Positions 20,244 through 28,162 of a DNA stretch of 64,000 nucleotides are shown here, piece after piece. The stretch's first letter is position 1, and every line of letters starts with the position of its first letter. The notes beneath the pieces were generated by a model, which saw only the letters and a list, made by a program, of their open reading frames with translations, made no database searches and was not told the DNA's origin. Origin of the DNA: Bacteroidetes bacterium SCGC AAA795-G10 (GTDB lineage: Bacteria > Bacteroidota > Bacteroidia > Flavobacteriales > Flavobacteriaceae); assembly GCA_003130815.1 (NCBI GenBank), contig QFDA01000001.1:1429-65428 (forward strand), in the 5' to 3' direction. Made by a program: the position numbers and the translations under genes.

Positions 20244-21680
20244 ATGTTAAAACAAAACCTTCAAATAAAACTTTCACAGAAATTATCTCCTCAGCAGATT
20301 CAACTAATGAAGATGATTCAACTTTCTACTTTGGAGTTAGAACAAAAAATTGAATCAGAAATTGCTGAAAACCCTGCATTAGAGAGTGGAAAAGAACTCT
20401 TAAATACAGAAGTTTCAGGGACTGACCTTGAAGAAACAGAAAAAATTACTACAGATGAAATTGATATAGATCAATATTTAAGTGATGATGAGATGCCTAC
20501 TTACAAGCTTTATGCAAATAATCTCATAAACAACGACGAAGATCAGACTATCCCTTTTTCAGGAGGATTAACATTTCATCAATACCTTTCTCAGCAAATA
20601 GTCAACTTAATTTTATCAGATACTGAAATTCAAATCGCTGAATTTATAATTGGTAGCATTGATGAAAGTGGATACTTAAGAAGAAGTAATGAGGAACTTG
20701 TTGACGATTTAGCATTTACTCAAAACCTTTTTGTGGACACATTAACTGTAGAAAAAATAATAAAATCAGTACAATCATTAGATCCTGTTGGGATTGGAGC
20801 TCGTTCACTTCAGGAGTGTCTCAAACTTCAATTAGAAAAAAAGGATATTAACAGACCCGAGGTAAACGACGCATTAAGAATCATTAAAAATTATTTTAAT
20901 GAATTTAGCCATAAACATTACAAAAAACTACAAGAGAAACTTGGCATTGATCAAGAAAAATTGAGAATAGCTTTAGATTTAATAAGTAAGTTAAATCCAA
21001 AACCTGGAGGAGCACTAACATCTAACAATCAAAATACTCAAATAGTTCCTGATTTTATTTTAACAATTGAGGAAGGAAATTTATACGTGAAGCTTAATAG
21101 AAGAAATGAACCACAACTAAAGGTTTCAAATACATACAAAGATATGCTTTCTGGCTACTCTAAGTCAGAGTCTAAATCAAATAAAGATGCAATTCAATTT
21201 ATTAAACAAAAATTAGATTCAGCACAATGGTTTATTGATGCTATTAGACAAAGATATCAGACTTTAACACTAACGATTAATGCTATACTCGATCATCAAA
21301 GAGAATATTTTTTAAGTGGAGACGAAAAGAAACTTAAACCTATGATACTCAAAGATATTGCAGATAAAGTTAATATGGATATTTCAACAATATCAAGAGT
21401 AGCGAATAGTAAATATATTGACACACCTTATGGAACGAAATTATTAAAGACATTTTTTTCAGAAGGGTTGAAAAATAAAGAAGGTGAAGATGTATCATCC
21501 ATAGAAATAAAAAAAATACTTGAACAGTTTATACTTGATGAAAACAAAAAAAAGCCTCTAACAGATCAAATACTTTCAACGATGATGAAAAAAAAAGGTT
21601 ATATAATTGCTCGAAGAACAATTGCAAAATATAGAGAGCAACTTGAAATTCCTGTTGCAAGATTAAGAAAAGAACTTTAA
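20244..21680 (+). CDS. rpoN: RNA polymerase sigma-54 factor
   Basis: MLKQNLQIKLSQKLSPQQIQLM N-terminus and a C-terminal RpoN box, ARRTIAKYR. I prefer the ATG at 20244 to the TTG at 20238. Confidence 0.9.
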   Translation: MLKQNLQIKLSQKLSPQQIQLMKMIQLSTLELEQKIESEIAENPALESGKELLNTEVSGTDLEETEKITTDEIDIDQYLSDDEMPTYKLYANNLINNDEDQTIPFSGGLTFHQYLSQQIVNLILSDTEIQIAEFIIGSIDESGYLRRSNEELVDDLAFTQNLFVDTLTVEKIIKSVQSLDPVGIGARSLQECLKLQLEKKDINRPEVNDALRIIKNYFNEFSHKHYKKLQEKLGIDQEKLRIALDLISKLNPKPGGALTSNNQNTQIVPDFILTIEEGNLYVKLNRRNEPQLKVSNTYKDMLSGYSKSESKSNKDAIQFIKQKLDSAQWFIDAIRQRYQTLTLTINAILDHQREYFLSGDEKKLKPMILKDIADKVNMDISTISRVANSKYIDTPYGTKLLKTFFSEGLKNKEGEDVSSIEIKKILEQFILDENKKKPLTDQILSTMMKKKGYIIARRTIAKYREQLEIPVARLRKEL

Positions 21681-21684
21681 GCAA

Positions 21685-22386
21685 TTATAAAACGAAAAAA
21701 ATTAATCCCACTTTTATGGGTGATATCCTAATTGAAGAGTTATTTGAATTTGTGATTTTAGAATTGAAAATTGGAGTTAACGGATATGACAAATAAAAAT
21801 TCCATGTATTGTAACCAAAACTTACAAAAGCGTTTGTTACAAATTTATTTATTTCATAATTAATTGTTTCAAAATCTATATCTTCAGTTTCTCTATTTTG
21901 GAAGTTCCAATTAATTTTGATGCCTCCGTAAACCCTCCAAAAAGCATAATCTAAATTTGTTGAATTTCTCCATCTAATTGCAAAAGGGATTTCAAAAGAT
22001 TTGACTGATACAGAAAAAAAGCTATTTATATTATTTTCTAAATCAAAAGAATAAACTTCATTTTCAATGGGAATTAAATTTGTTGTAAATTTTTCAAAAC
22101 TAATTCCTAAACCTAAGCCTGAAGATAATTTACCTGACTTTGTAAGTGGGATATCGCGCATGAGACCGAATTGGAAATGACGTGACAAGCCCCTCGTTTT
22201 TAAATCGTCTTGATTCGTATTTAATAACAATAAAGATGCTCCAAAATATATCTGATCTTCTCTGTAAAAAATTGAATCGCTTTGCTTTTCTGTATTTTGA
22301 CTTTGAAGTTTAAAGGGGAATAGAAGAGTTATTGATAATAAACCAAAACATATATTTTTCCGCAAGAGTTTATATATTAATTTCAC
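21685..22386 (-). CDS. Outer-membrane beta-barrel (porin-family/OmpW-like) protein
   Basis: Signal peptide, alternating amphipathic strands and a C-terminal aromatic-rich strand (KVGLIFFVL). The start codon is GTG. Confidence 0.5.
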   Translation of the reverse strand: MKLIYKLLRKNICFGLLSITLLFPFKLQSQNTEKQSDSIFYREDQIYFGASLLLLNTNQDDLKTRGLSRHFQFGLMRDIPLTKSGKLSSGLGLGISFEKFTTNLIPIENEVYSFDLENNINSFFSVSVKSFEIPFAIRWRNSTNLDYAFWRVYGGIKINWNFQNRETEDIDFETINYEINKFVTNAFVSFGYNTWNFYLSYPLTPIFNSKITNSNNSSIRISPIKVGLIFFVL

Positions 22387-22393
22387 TTTAAAA

Positions 22394-22418
22394 TAAAAAA
22401 AGTACCCATGAAGGTACT
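22394..22418 (-). terminator. Rho-independent terminator after the exbD genes
   Basis: On the minus strand, AGTACC-ttcatg-GGTACT is followed by tttttttatttt. It starts 30 nt after the exbD stop, and the T-run ends 8 nt before the next GTG start. Confidence 0.45.
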
Positions 22419-22447
22419 CAAGTAAAATAATATTTCTCTCAATCTTG

Positions 22448-22930
22448 TTAATTCAAATTTTGAGTATAGTCTCCTACTCTTGTCGTATAATTTATTTTAA
22501 GTGCTTGAACTTTTCTAAGCTCTTGCTTTATGTCTTGGATTAATCCCATTTTGGTATCGCTGTCAACCTTTAGGGCAGTAGTTAGTACATTTTGTAACTC
22601 TTGCCTTTTGGAAGCACGCTCAGCAAGAATAAAAGCGCCAACCTCGTCAACAGAAGCAAACTTATCATTTAATTGAATTCTTGCACTTGAGCCATATTTG
22701 TCTTGGTACCTTGATGAGGGTTTACCTGCGTATATGTACATTACACGGTCTTTTTTATCAAGTTTTTGAATTTGATCGGCCGCAGGTAATTTATTCACTA
22801 CCATTAGAGTACTATCACGCATCACTGTGGCAACCATAAAAAAGAAAAGCAACATAAAAACTATATCAGGAAGTGATGCTGTTGAAATTGCTGGTAAATC
22901 TCCGCCTTTTTTCTTTTTAAATTTTGACAT
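22448..22930 (-). CDS. exbD: ExbD/TolR biopolymer transport protein
   Basis: N-terminal TM with LPDIVFMLLFFFMV and an ExbD periplasmic domain; 160 aa. Confidence 0.8.
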   Translation of the reverse strand: MSKFKKKKGGDLPAISTASLPDIVFMLLFFFMVATVMRDSTLMVVNKLPAADQIQKLDKKDRVMYIYAGKPSSRYQDKYGSSARIQLNDKFASVDEVGAFILAERASKRQELQNVLTTALKVDSDTKMGLIQDIKQELRKVQALKINYTTRVGDYTQNLN

Positions 22931-22943
22931 TTTATATTTATTG

Positions 22944-23570
22944 TTAATTAAGTTTAGTTGACTCTGCTTCTGATAATTTTTGGGGATACATAGCTTTTAC
23001 TTGATCTAATTTTGGCTTAAGCAACTCCTTCCTTTCAGTATTTGTTCTTGGGTCATCATATTGCTTTTGTGCCTCTACATAATTTATACCTAATTCGGTC
23101 CCAAATAATCTTTCAAATTCACGATTTCGTAAATCATTGTAAGCTGCTACCAATTCGTTTTGTACAGCTATATAAACTTTATAGGATGTTTCCCTATCAT
23201 TTTTTAAGGATATTATAGCTTTATCAGGGTTATCTGATGATGCTTCATCACGTTCCCCTTGGCAATATTCACAAGCTTCATCTCCAACACCTCCACCGTT
23301 ATCTAAAAAAGCAATAGCAAGGGACCTTAAATCTGAGATATCAGCAAGTTCTTCTTCGACTAAAAGTTGGTCGTTCTTACTAACTAAAACAGTAAAAATA
23401 TTCTTCTCCCTTATGATGGGAGGGTCAACTTGATCTTCCATTGGTGGAAGCTTTCTATTTAGACCGCTATCAGTTTCAATTGTAGTTGTAACCAAAAAGA
23501 ATATCAAAAGAAGGAATGCAATATCGGCCATAGAACCAGCATTTACTTCAGGTGCAGATCTTTTAGCCAT
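22944..23570 (-). CDS. exbD: ExbD/TolR paralog with extended periplasmic domain
   Basis: MADIAFLLLIFFLVTT TM; 208 aa. It contains a Cys-bearing insert, EACEYCQGE. Confidence 0.75.
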   Translation of the reverse strand: MAKRSAPEVNAGSMADIAFLLLIFFLVTTTIETDSGLNRKLPPMEDQVDPPIIREKNIFTVLVSKNDQLLVEEELADISDLRSLAIAFLDNGGGVGDEACEYCQGERDEASSDNPDKAIISLKNDRETSYKVYIAVQNELVAAYNDLRNREFERLFGTELGINYVEAQKQYDDPRTNTERKELLKPKLDQVKAMYPQKLSEAESTKLN

Positions 23571-23573
23571 AAA

Positions 23574-24023
23574 TTACTTTTTTAAAATTTTCTTAGCTCC
23601 AGAAAGAATCATAGATAATATCGCAAGAGCAGCAAGTATATAGAACATTCTAAGGCCCGTTCCTACCCAACGAGAACCATTTGCAGAAAGCACCTCTCCG
23701 TCCTTCATAGGGGTCTCTACTCCATCTGAAGCAGCATAAGCTATAACTGTTACTACAACAAAACAACCTATAAAAATTAATGATTTTTTCAACTTCTTGG
23801 AACTCGAGGCTAAATTTAAAATTGAAAATACTAAAGTTATAGATACTGTTATGAAAAGTATAGCTATTGCAAGAGACACAAGAGGTGATACTGTAGTAAA
23901 ATCTCCTGAAGTTGCAGCCATTTTAATTTCTTCATCCCCGGCACCAATAATTCTAAAAAGAAAAACTACCCCAAGTAATCCAAAAACAGCACTTATAATT
24001 TTAACAATGGTCTGTAAATTCAT
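23574..24023 (-). CDS. 4-TM membrane protein of unknown function, embedded in the exb operon
   Basis: 149 aa with four hydrophobic helices. It is separated by 3-11 nt from the flanking exbB and exbD genes. Confidence 0.5.
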   Translation of the reverse strand: MNLQTIVKIISAVFGLLGVVFLFRIIGAGDEEIKMAATSGDFTTVSPLVSLAIAILFITVSITLVFSILNLASSSKKLKKSLIFIGCFVVVTVIAYAASDGVETPMKDGEVLSANGSRWVGTGLRMFYILAALAILSMILSGAKKILKK

Positions 24024-24034
24024 TTAATATTTTT

Positions 24035-24793
24035 TTATTTTTTTTGAGATACTAAAATATCGATTAAGGTAATAGATGCATCTTCCATATCATTCACAAT
24101 ACTATCAATTTTAGCGACAATGTAATTGTAAAAAACTTGAAGAATAATAGCAACAATTAATCCAAATACAGTAGTTAAGAGTGCTACTTTAATACCCCCT
24201 GCAACAAGTGATGGCTGCATGTCACCAGCAGCTTCAATTTTATCAAATGCTTGAATCATTCCGATCACAGTACCCATGAAACCAAGCATCGGTGCTAGAG
24301 CTATAAATAAAGAGATCCATGATACATTTTTTTCTAATTGTCCCATTTGAACCCCCCCATATGCTACAACTGCTTTTTCAGCGCTCTCAACCCCCTCATC
24401 CATTCGATCAAGTCCTTGATAAAAAATTGATGCAACGGGTCCCTTGGTATTCCTGCAAAATTCTTTAGCAGCATCAACTCCACCTGACGAAAGTGCTTCC
24501 TCAACCCCATCGGTAAGTTTTTTTGTATTGGTTGTTGCTAGATTAAGGAAAATTATGCGTTCGATCGAAATTGCCAAACCAAGTATCAAACATATTAAGA
24601 CAATCCCCATGAATCCTGGTCCCCCTTCGATAAAACGTTTTTTTAGTTCTTGTGTAAATGAAGCGGATTGAGCAGGAGCTTCCTCATCTTGAAATGCCAT
24701 GTTTTCTGTTGTCACTGTATTAGCAGTCAATACTGTTGCTCTAGTAGTTACCATGAAGCCCAGTAGTGCGAAGACAAAAATTAGTTTTCTCAT
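24035..24793 (-). CDS. exbB: MotA/TolQ/ExbB proton-channel protein
   Basis: Signal-like N-terminus, 3 TMs, and APMLGFMGTVIGMIQAF plus LLTTVFGLIVAI blocks. Confidence 0.85.
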   Translation of the reverse strand: MRKLIFVFALLGFMVTTRATVLTANTVTTENMAFQDEEAPAQSASFTQELKKRFIEGGPGFMGIVLICLILGLAISIERIIFLNLATTNTKKLTDGVEEALSSGGVDAAKEFCRNTKGPVASIFYQGLDRMDEGVESAEKAVVAYGGVQMGQLEKNVSWISLFIALAPMLGFMGTVIGMIQAFDKIEAAGDMQPSLVAGGIKVALLTTVFGLIVAIILQVFYNYIVAKIDSIVNDMEDASITLIDILVSQKK

Positions 24794-24958
24794 TTTGATA
24801 TTGTTTGTTCTTTAAATTTAAGTGCCGATAAAGATAAAAAAAAATAAATATGATTTTAATTTTAAAAGATTAATTATAACAACAGTTAAGACAGAAAATT
24901 TTTCATTTATAGAAGTGAAATATCAAAAATTAAAAAAATCATCAATATTTGTATGCCT

Positions 24959-24981
24959 AAGGGTAAAATACAATTACCCTT
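24959..24981. terminator. Perfect 8-bp hairpin just beyond the nitroreductase stop
   Basis: aagggtaa (24959-24966) pairs with ttaccctt (24974-24981) across a 7-nt loop. No strong T-run follows on the minus strand, so terminator function is uncertain. Confidence 0.3.
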
Positions 24982-24987
24982 CTAAAT

Positions 24988-25545
24988 TTATTTAAACCAG
25001 CAAACTTTATCTTCATATGAGCCTGGTATTCGCTTTGTTACTTTTTTATCATAATACCCCATATAAAAAATTCCTAAACACCTTTCACCTTTTTTAAGTT
25101 TGATAAATTCGTGAACATGATCAATAAGTTTAGAGGAACTCCAATATGAACCGATATTTAATTCAGTAGATACTAGCCACATATTTTGAACAGCCATGCT
25201 AACTGATGCTATTTCCTCCCATTCAGGAATTGAATTCAAAGGATCTCTTTGCATACATATCAATATAATTGCAGAAGATCTTTTTATATTATTACTTATG
25301 CTTTCAAATTTAAATTCAGAGAATTTTGCAGTTGTATTTTTATATTTTTCAGACAAAAATTTACCAAAATCATTTTTATAAACATTTTGTAAAACTTTAA
25401 ATCTCCATGGTTCGGTTTTTTTATGAGTTGGTGCAAAATTAGCTGCTTTAAGAATGAGTTTTAAATCCTCTTTTTTAATAGGTCTATTATTGTATTGTCT
25501 AGGAAAAATAGATCTTCTTGACTCAATTGTTTGAAATAATTTCAT
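24988..25545 (-). CDS. NAD(P)H nitroreductase family protein
   Basis: MKLFQTIESRRSIFPRQY and APTHKKTEPWRF are typical nitroreductase-fold motifs. I prefer the ATG at 25545. Confidence 0.75.
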   Translation of the reverse strand: MKLFQTIESRRSIFPRQYNNRPIKKEDLKLILKAANFAPTHKKTEPWRFKVLQNVYKNDFGKFLSEKYKNTTAKFSEFKFESISNNIKRSSAIILICMQRDPLNSIPEWEEIASVSMAVQNMWLVSTELNIGSYWSSSKLIDHVHEFIKLKKGERCLGIFYMGYYDKKVTKRIPGSYEDKVCWFK

Positions 25546-25583
25546 GCTTAAATAATTTATTTTATAAATCAAAATGTGGACTT

Positions 25584-25595
25584 GCAGAGAGGAAG
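25584..25595 (-). repeat. Partial duplicate of the tRNA-Ser 3-prime end (candidate distal att site)
   Basis: gcagagaggaag is identical to 26764-26775. With mismatches the match extends to 18/22 nt into the T-arm (..agaccTgaac vs ..ggattCgaac). The orientation is the same. Confidence 0.5.
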
Positions 25596-25713
25596 AGACC
25601 TGAACTGCTTTAATAGATTTTAGTAAATCCTTATAAAATCTGACTTTTTATTGCATTTTTGTTTCTTTAAAATTAAAATTACTAATATTTACTAAGATTT
25701 TGTACTTTAAAAT

Positions 25714-25731
25714 CATACCCAAAACTATACC
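25714..25731. repeat. Inner direct repeat, left copy
   Basis: catacccaaaacTatacc matches catacccaaaacCatacc at 26701-26718 (17/18). Both copies are preceded by tgtac; the left copy has an extra tttaaaat. Confidence 0.5.
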
Positions 25732-25777
25732 TCAATGGGATTTTTTAAAGAGTATCCAAATAATGCTATAATCGGAT

Positions 25778-26614
25778 TTATTTATTATTTGCAATGTCTC
25801 TAATGCTCTTATTAATGTCTATAATTACACCCTTGTCATAAGTTTTTAAGCTGCGTTCCTCATTTTTTGCTTTATTATTGGAAAGCCAATTATAACTTCC
25901 TACAAGAGCATATTTATCGTCAACCACAATTATTTTAGAATGATTTGCTTTAAATAAAATTTTTACATCTCCCTCTTTATTGCTTTTCTGGAATTCTTTT
26001 AGAAGAATCATTGATGTATTATCACTTGAATGAAATCCTCGATTGTCCTCATAACCATATATAATCCTTATCTTAACTCCATTATCAACTAAACCCTGGA
26101 GTTTAGCTATAAAGTCTTTTTTTATTACAAATTTACTTACCCATCCAGATGCAATTATCAATGATTTAGTTGCATTATTTAATGCTTTGTCTCTTTCAGA
26201 CACATGGTCAATACCTTCAATAATTTCAATAGGAGCCTTTGACAAGTTTGGGAACTTAACTTCGTATTCTTTTCTTAATTTGAACTCTAAATCCTCTCTG
26301 ATTTTTAATCTTGTTTTAAATAGCTCCGATTTCACAAAATAGTCTGCTAGTCTATAGGGTATTAAAAAAAATAGTAGTTGGGGTAGAGATAATTCAAAAA
26401 ATATTTCAATTGGATTCCGATAATTATATCTAACCTGGAGATAAATTATTATCCATCCCAAACATAAAATCAATAAAACTCTTTTTAAATACAGCGTTTT
26501 TTCAGCTGGCAGCATCCCTATAATTAAACCGAAAATTCCAAATAAAATCCACCATAGTTCCTTATTAAGAATCGGTAAATCGGTGGTTAAAATAACTGAT
26601 AAATAACTATCCAT
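25778..26614 (-). CDS. Membrane-anchored phospholipase D-superfamily protein with a single HKD motif
   Basis: HSKIIVVDDKYALVGSYNW fits HxK(x)4D(x)6GSxN. There are about 3 N-terminal TM helices (LWWILFGIFGLIIGMLP, VLLILCLGWIIIYL, LPQLLFFLIPY). Only one HKD copy is present in 278 aa. Confidence 0.7.
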   Translation of the reverse strand: MDSYLSVILTTDLPILNKELWWILFGIFGLIIGMLPAEKTLYLKRVLLILCLGWIIIYLQVRYNYRNPIEIFFELSLPQLLFFLIPYRLADYFVKSELFKTRLKIREDLEFKLRKEYEVKFPNLSKAPIEIIEGIDHVSERDKALNNATKSLIIASGWVSKFVIKKDFIAKLQGLVDNGVKIRIIYGYEDNRGFHSSDNTSMILLKEFQKSNKEGDVKILFKANHSKIIVVDDKYALVGSYNWLSNNKAKNEERSLKTYDKGVIIDINKSIRDIANNK

Positions 26615-26700
26615 AAAGTTTATATTCTATCACAAAAAAATTACAGTCCTTTAGGATGCATGATGAAGCTCAAGATATAGAGGCTAACTTTTGGCTGTAC

Positions 26701-26718
26701 CATACCCAAAACCATACC
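26701..26718. repeat. Inner direct repeat, right copy
   Basis: See 25714-25731. This copy lies in an unusually C-rich tract (cataccccaaaaacaacccccc) for this AT-rich genome. Confidence 0.5.
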
Positions 26719-26764
26719 CCAAAAACAACCCCCCAATAAAATCGAGGCTTTCCATATATATTAG

Positions 26765-26854
26765 CAGAGAGGAAGGGATTCGAACCCTCGATTCCAATGC
26801 AATTGGAATACACACTTTCCAGGCGTGCGCCTTCGACCACTCGGCCACCTCTCT
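26765..26854 (-). tRNA. tRNA-Ser (anticodon GGA)
   Basis: Folded by hand. Acceptor AGAGAGG/CCTCTCT, D-arm GCCGAGTGGTcGAAGGC, anticodon stem CACGC/GTGTG with loop CTGGAAA, a long variable arm, and T-arm GAGGG-TTCGAAT-CCCTT. Discriminator is G; no CCA is encoded. Confidence 0.9.
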
Positions 26855-26882
26855 AAATTTATCCTAAAATATCATAAATTAA

Positions 26883-27659
26883 TTAAAAATCAACCTTTTT
26901 AAAAACCTCCATAGCGTTTTTTGTAGTGATTCTGGCGATTTCTTCAACTGAGATATTAAAACAATCAGATACTTTTTCTTGAATCAAGGTCAAATGTGAA
27001 CTTTCATTACGTTTTCCTCTAAAAGGAGTTGGTGATAAATAAGGCGAGTCTGTTTCTAAAACAATTGACTCTATAGGTAGCTTTTTTATGAATTGATCGA
27101 TTCTTCCATTTTTATATGTTACTACTCCTCCAATACCTAACTTAAAGTTTAAACTTATTGCTTTATATGCCTGTTTGATTGATCCAGTAAAACAATGAAA
27201 AATTCCAAAAATTTTTTCAGATTTAAATTGATCTAAAATTTCAAAAATTTCATCAAATGCCTCCCTACAGTGAATTACTATTGGTAACTGGTAATTAATT
27301 GCTATTTGAATTTGTTTTTGGAAAGCATCTTGCTGCTGTTTTAAAAAACTCTTATCCCAATACAAATCGATTCCAATTTCACCAATCGCACAAAAATTTT
27401 TCGATCTTAATAAATCAGATATGAAATTTAATTCCTCGCTAAAATCTTCCTTGACATAGCAAGGATGCAATCCTGCCATCAAATGAATTTTTTTTGGATA
27501 TTGTTCCCTGAGATCAAACATCCTTTTAAAATATTTACTACTAATTGCAGGTATAAAAAAATGATTTACACCGACTGATAGAGCTCTCTCAATAACTTGA
27601 TTTCTATCTTTATCAAAAGCTTCTAGATACAGATGAGTATGTGTGTCAATTAGATGCAC
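26883..27659 (-). CDS. tatD: TatD-family metal-dependent hydrolase/DNase
   Basis: MHLIDTHTHL N-terminus, GEIGIDLYW and ETDSPYL motifs. Confidence 0.85.
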   Translation of the reverse strand: MHLIDTHTHLYLEAFDKDRNQVIERALSVGVNHFFIPAISSKYFKRMFDLREQYPKKIHLMAGLHPCYVKEDFSEELNFISDLLRSKNFCAIGEIGIDLYWDKSFLKQQQDAFQKQIQIAINYQLPIVIHCREAFDEIFEILDQFKSEKIFGIFHCFTGSIKQAYKAISLNFKLGIGGVVTYKNGRIDQFIKKLPIESIVLETDSPYLSPTPFRGKRNESSHLTLIQEKVSDCFNISVEEIARITTKNAMEVFKKVDF

Positions 27660-27726
27660 AAGTGATTATTTTCATCAAAATTAATTAAAGTGATTTAATC
27701 ATACTTTTTAAAATTTAAAACTTAAA

Positions 27727-27734
27727 TATATTTG
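27727..27734 (+). promoter_or_regulatory. Candidate -7 box (TAnnTTTG) upstream of the aspartic protease gene
   Basis: tatatttg ends only 8 nt before the ATG, so the transcript would be nearly leaderless. Confidence 0.3.
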
Positions 27735-27742
27735 TTAGTATA

Positions 27743-28162
27743 ATGAGGAAAGTTTTTACAAAACTAAAAATTTTAAAAACTAAGCATATTTTGTGCAAAG
27801 CGTGGATAAATGGAAAAAAGGCTAAACTTTTAATTGATACTGGTGCCACAAACAGCTGCATTCATTCTGATCTTCAGGATTATTTTGAATTACAAAAATA
27901 TGGAGAGCCTTTTCTAGCTTCAGGAGCAAGCGAAGGAAAAATGGAAGCTATAATGACACTTAATTGTAATATCAAACTTGGAAGAAATTATAAAGGTAAA
28001 CAAGCTTTCGTATTGCTTGATCTTAGTCATGTAAACGATACATTAAATACTCAAGGAGTTGAAAAAATTGATGGCGTTATTGGTGCTGATTTTTTGAAAG
28101 AAAATAATACAATTATTGACTATGGTCAAAGTAAATTATTCCTACAACTCGAAAGTTTTTAA
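27743..28162 (+). CDS. Retropepsin-like (clan AA) aspartic protease
   Basis: [13 protein letters not shown] catalytic DTG motif and the later VIGADFL flap/dimer motif; 139 aa. Confidence 0.7.
   Translation: MRKVFTKLKILKTKHILCKAWINGKKAKLLIDTGATNSCIHSDLQDYFELQKYGEPFLASGASEGKMEAIMTLNCNIKLGRNYKGKQAFVLLDLSHVNDTLNTQGVEKIDGVIGADFLKENNTIIDYGQSKLFLQLESF

Noticed and set aside
26656-26739. A 27-codon plus-strand ORF (MHDEAQDIEANFWLYHTQNHTPKTTPQ) lies between the PLD gene and tRNA-Ser.
   Set aside because: It runs antisense to the local transcription direction, has no supporting signal, and overlaps the repeat. There is no reason to prefer it over chance.
26700-26745. G-runs on the minus strand (ggggggttgtttttggggtatggttttgggtatgg) were considered as a G-quadruplex next to tRNA-Ser.
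   Set aside because: The loop lengths (8-9 nt) and the mix of GG and GGG runs do not fit the canonical G3+N1-7 pattern. The tract is better described as part of the repeat and boundary region reported in the findings.
28142-28162. The aspartic protease and sucB 3-prime ends overlap convergently by 21 nt. Similar stop-on-stop overlaps occur at 1441-1444 and 46997-47000.
   Set aside because: This is consistent with general genome compaction in this window. No specific regulatory inference can be supported.
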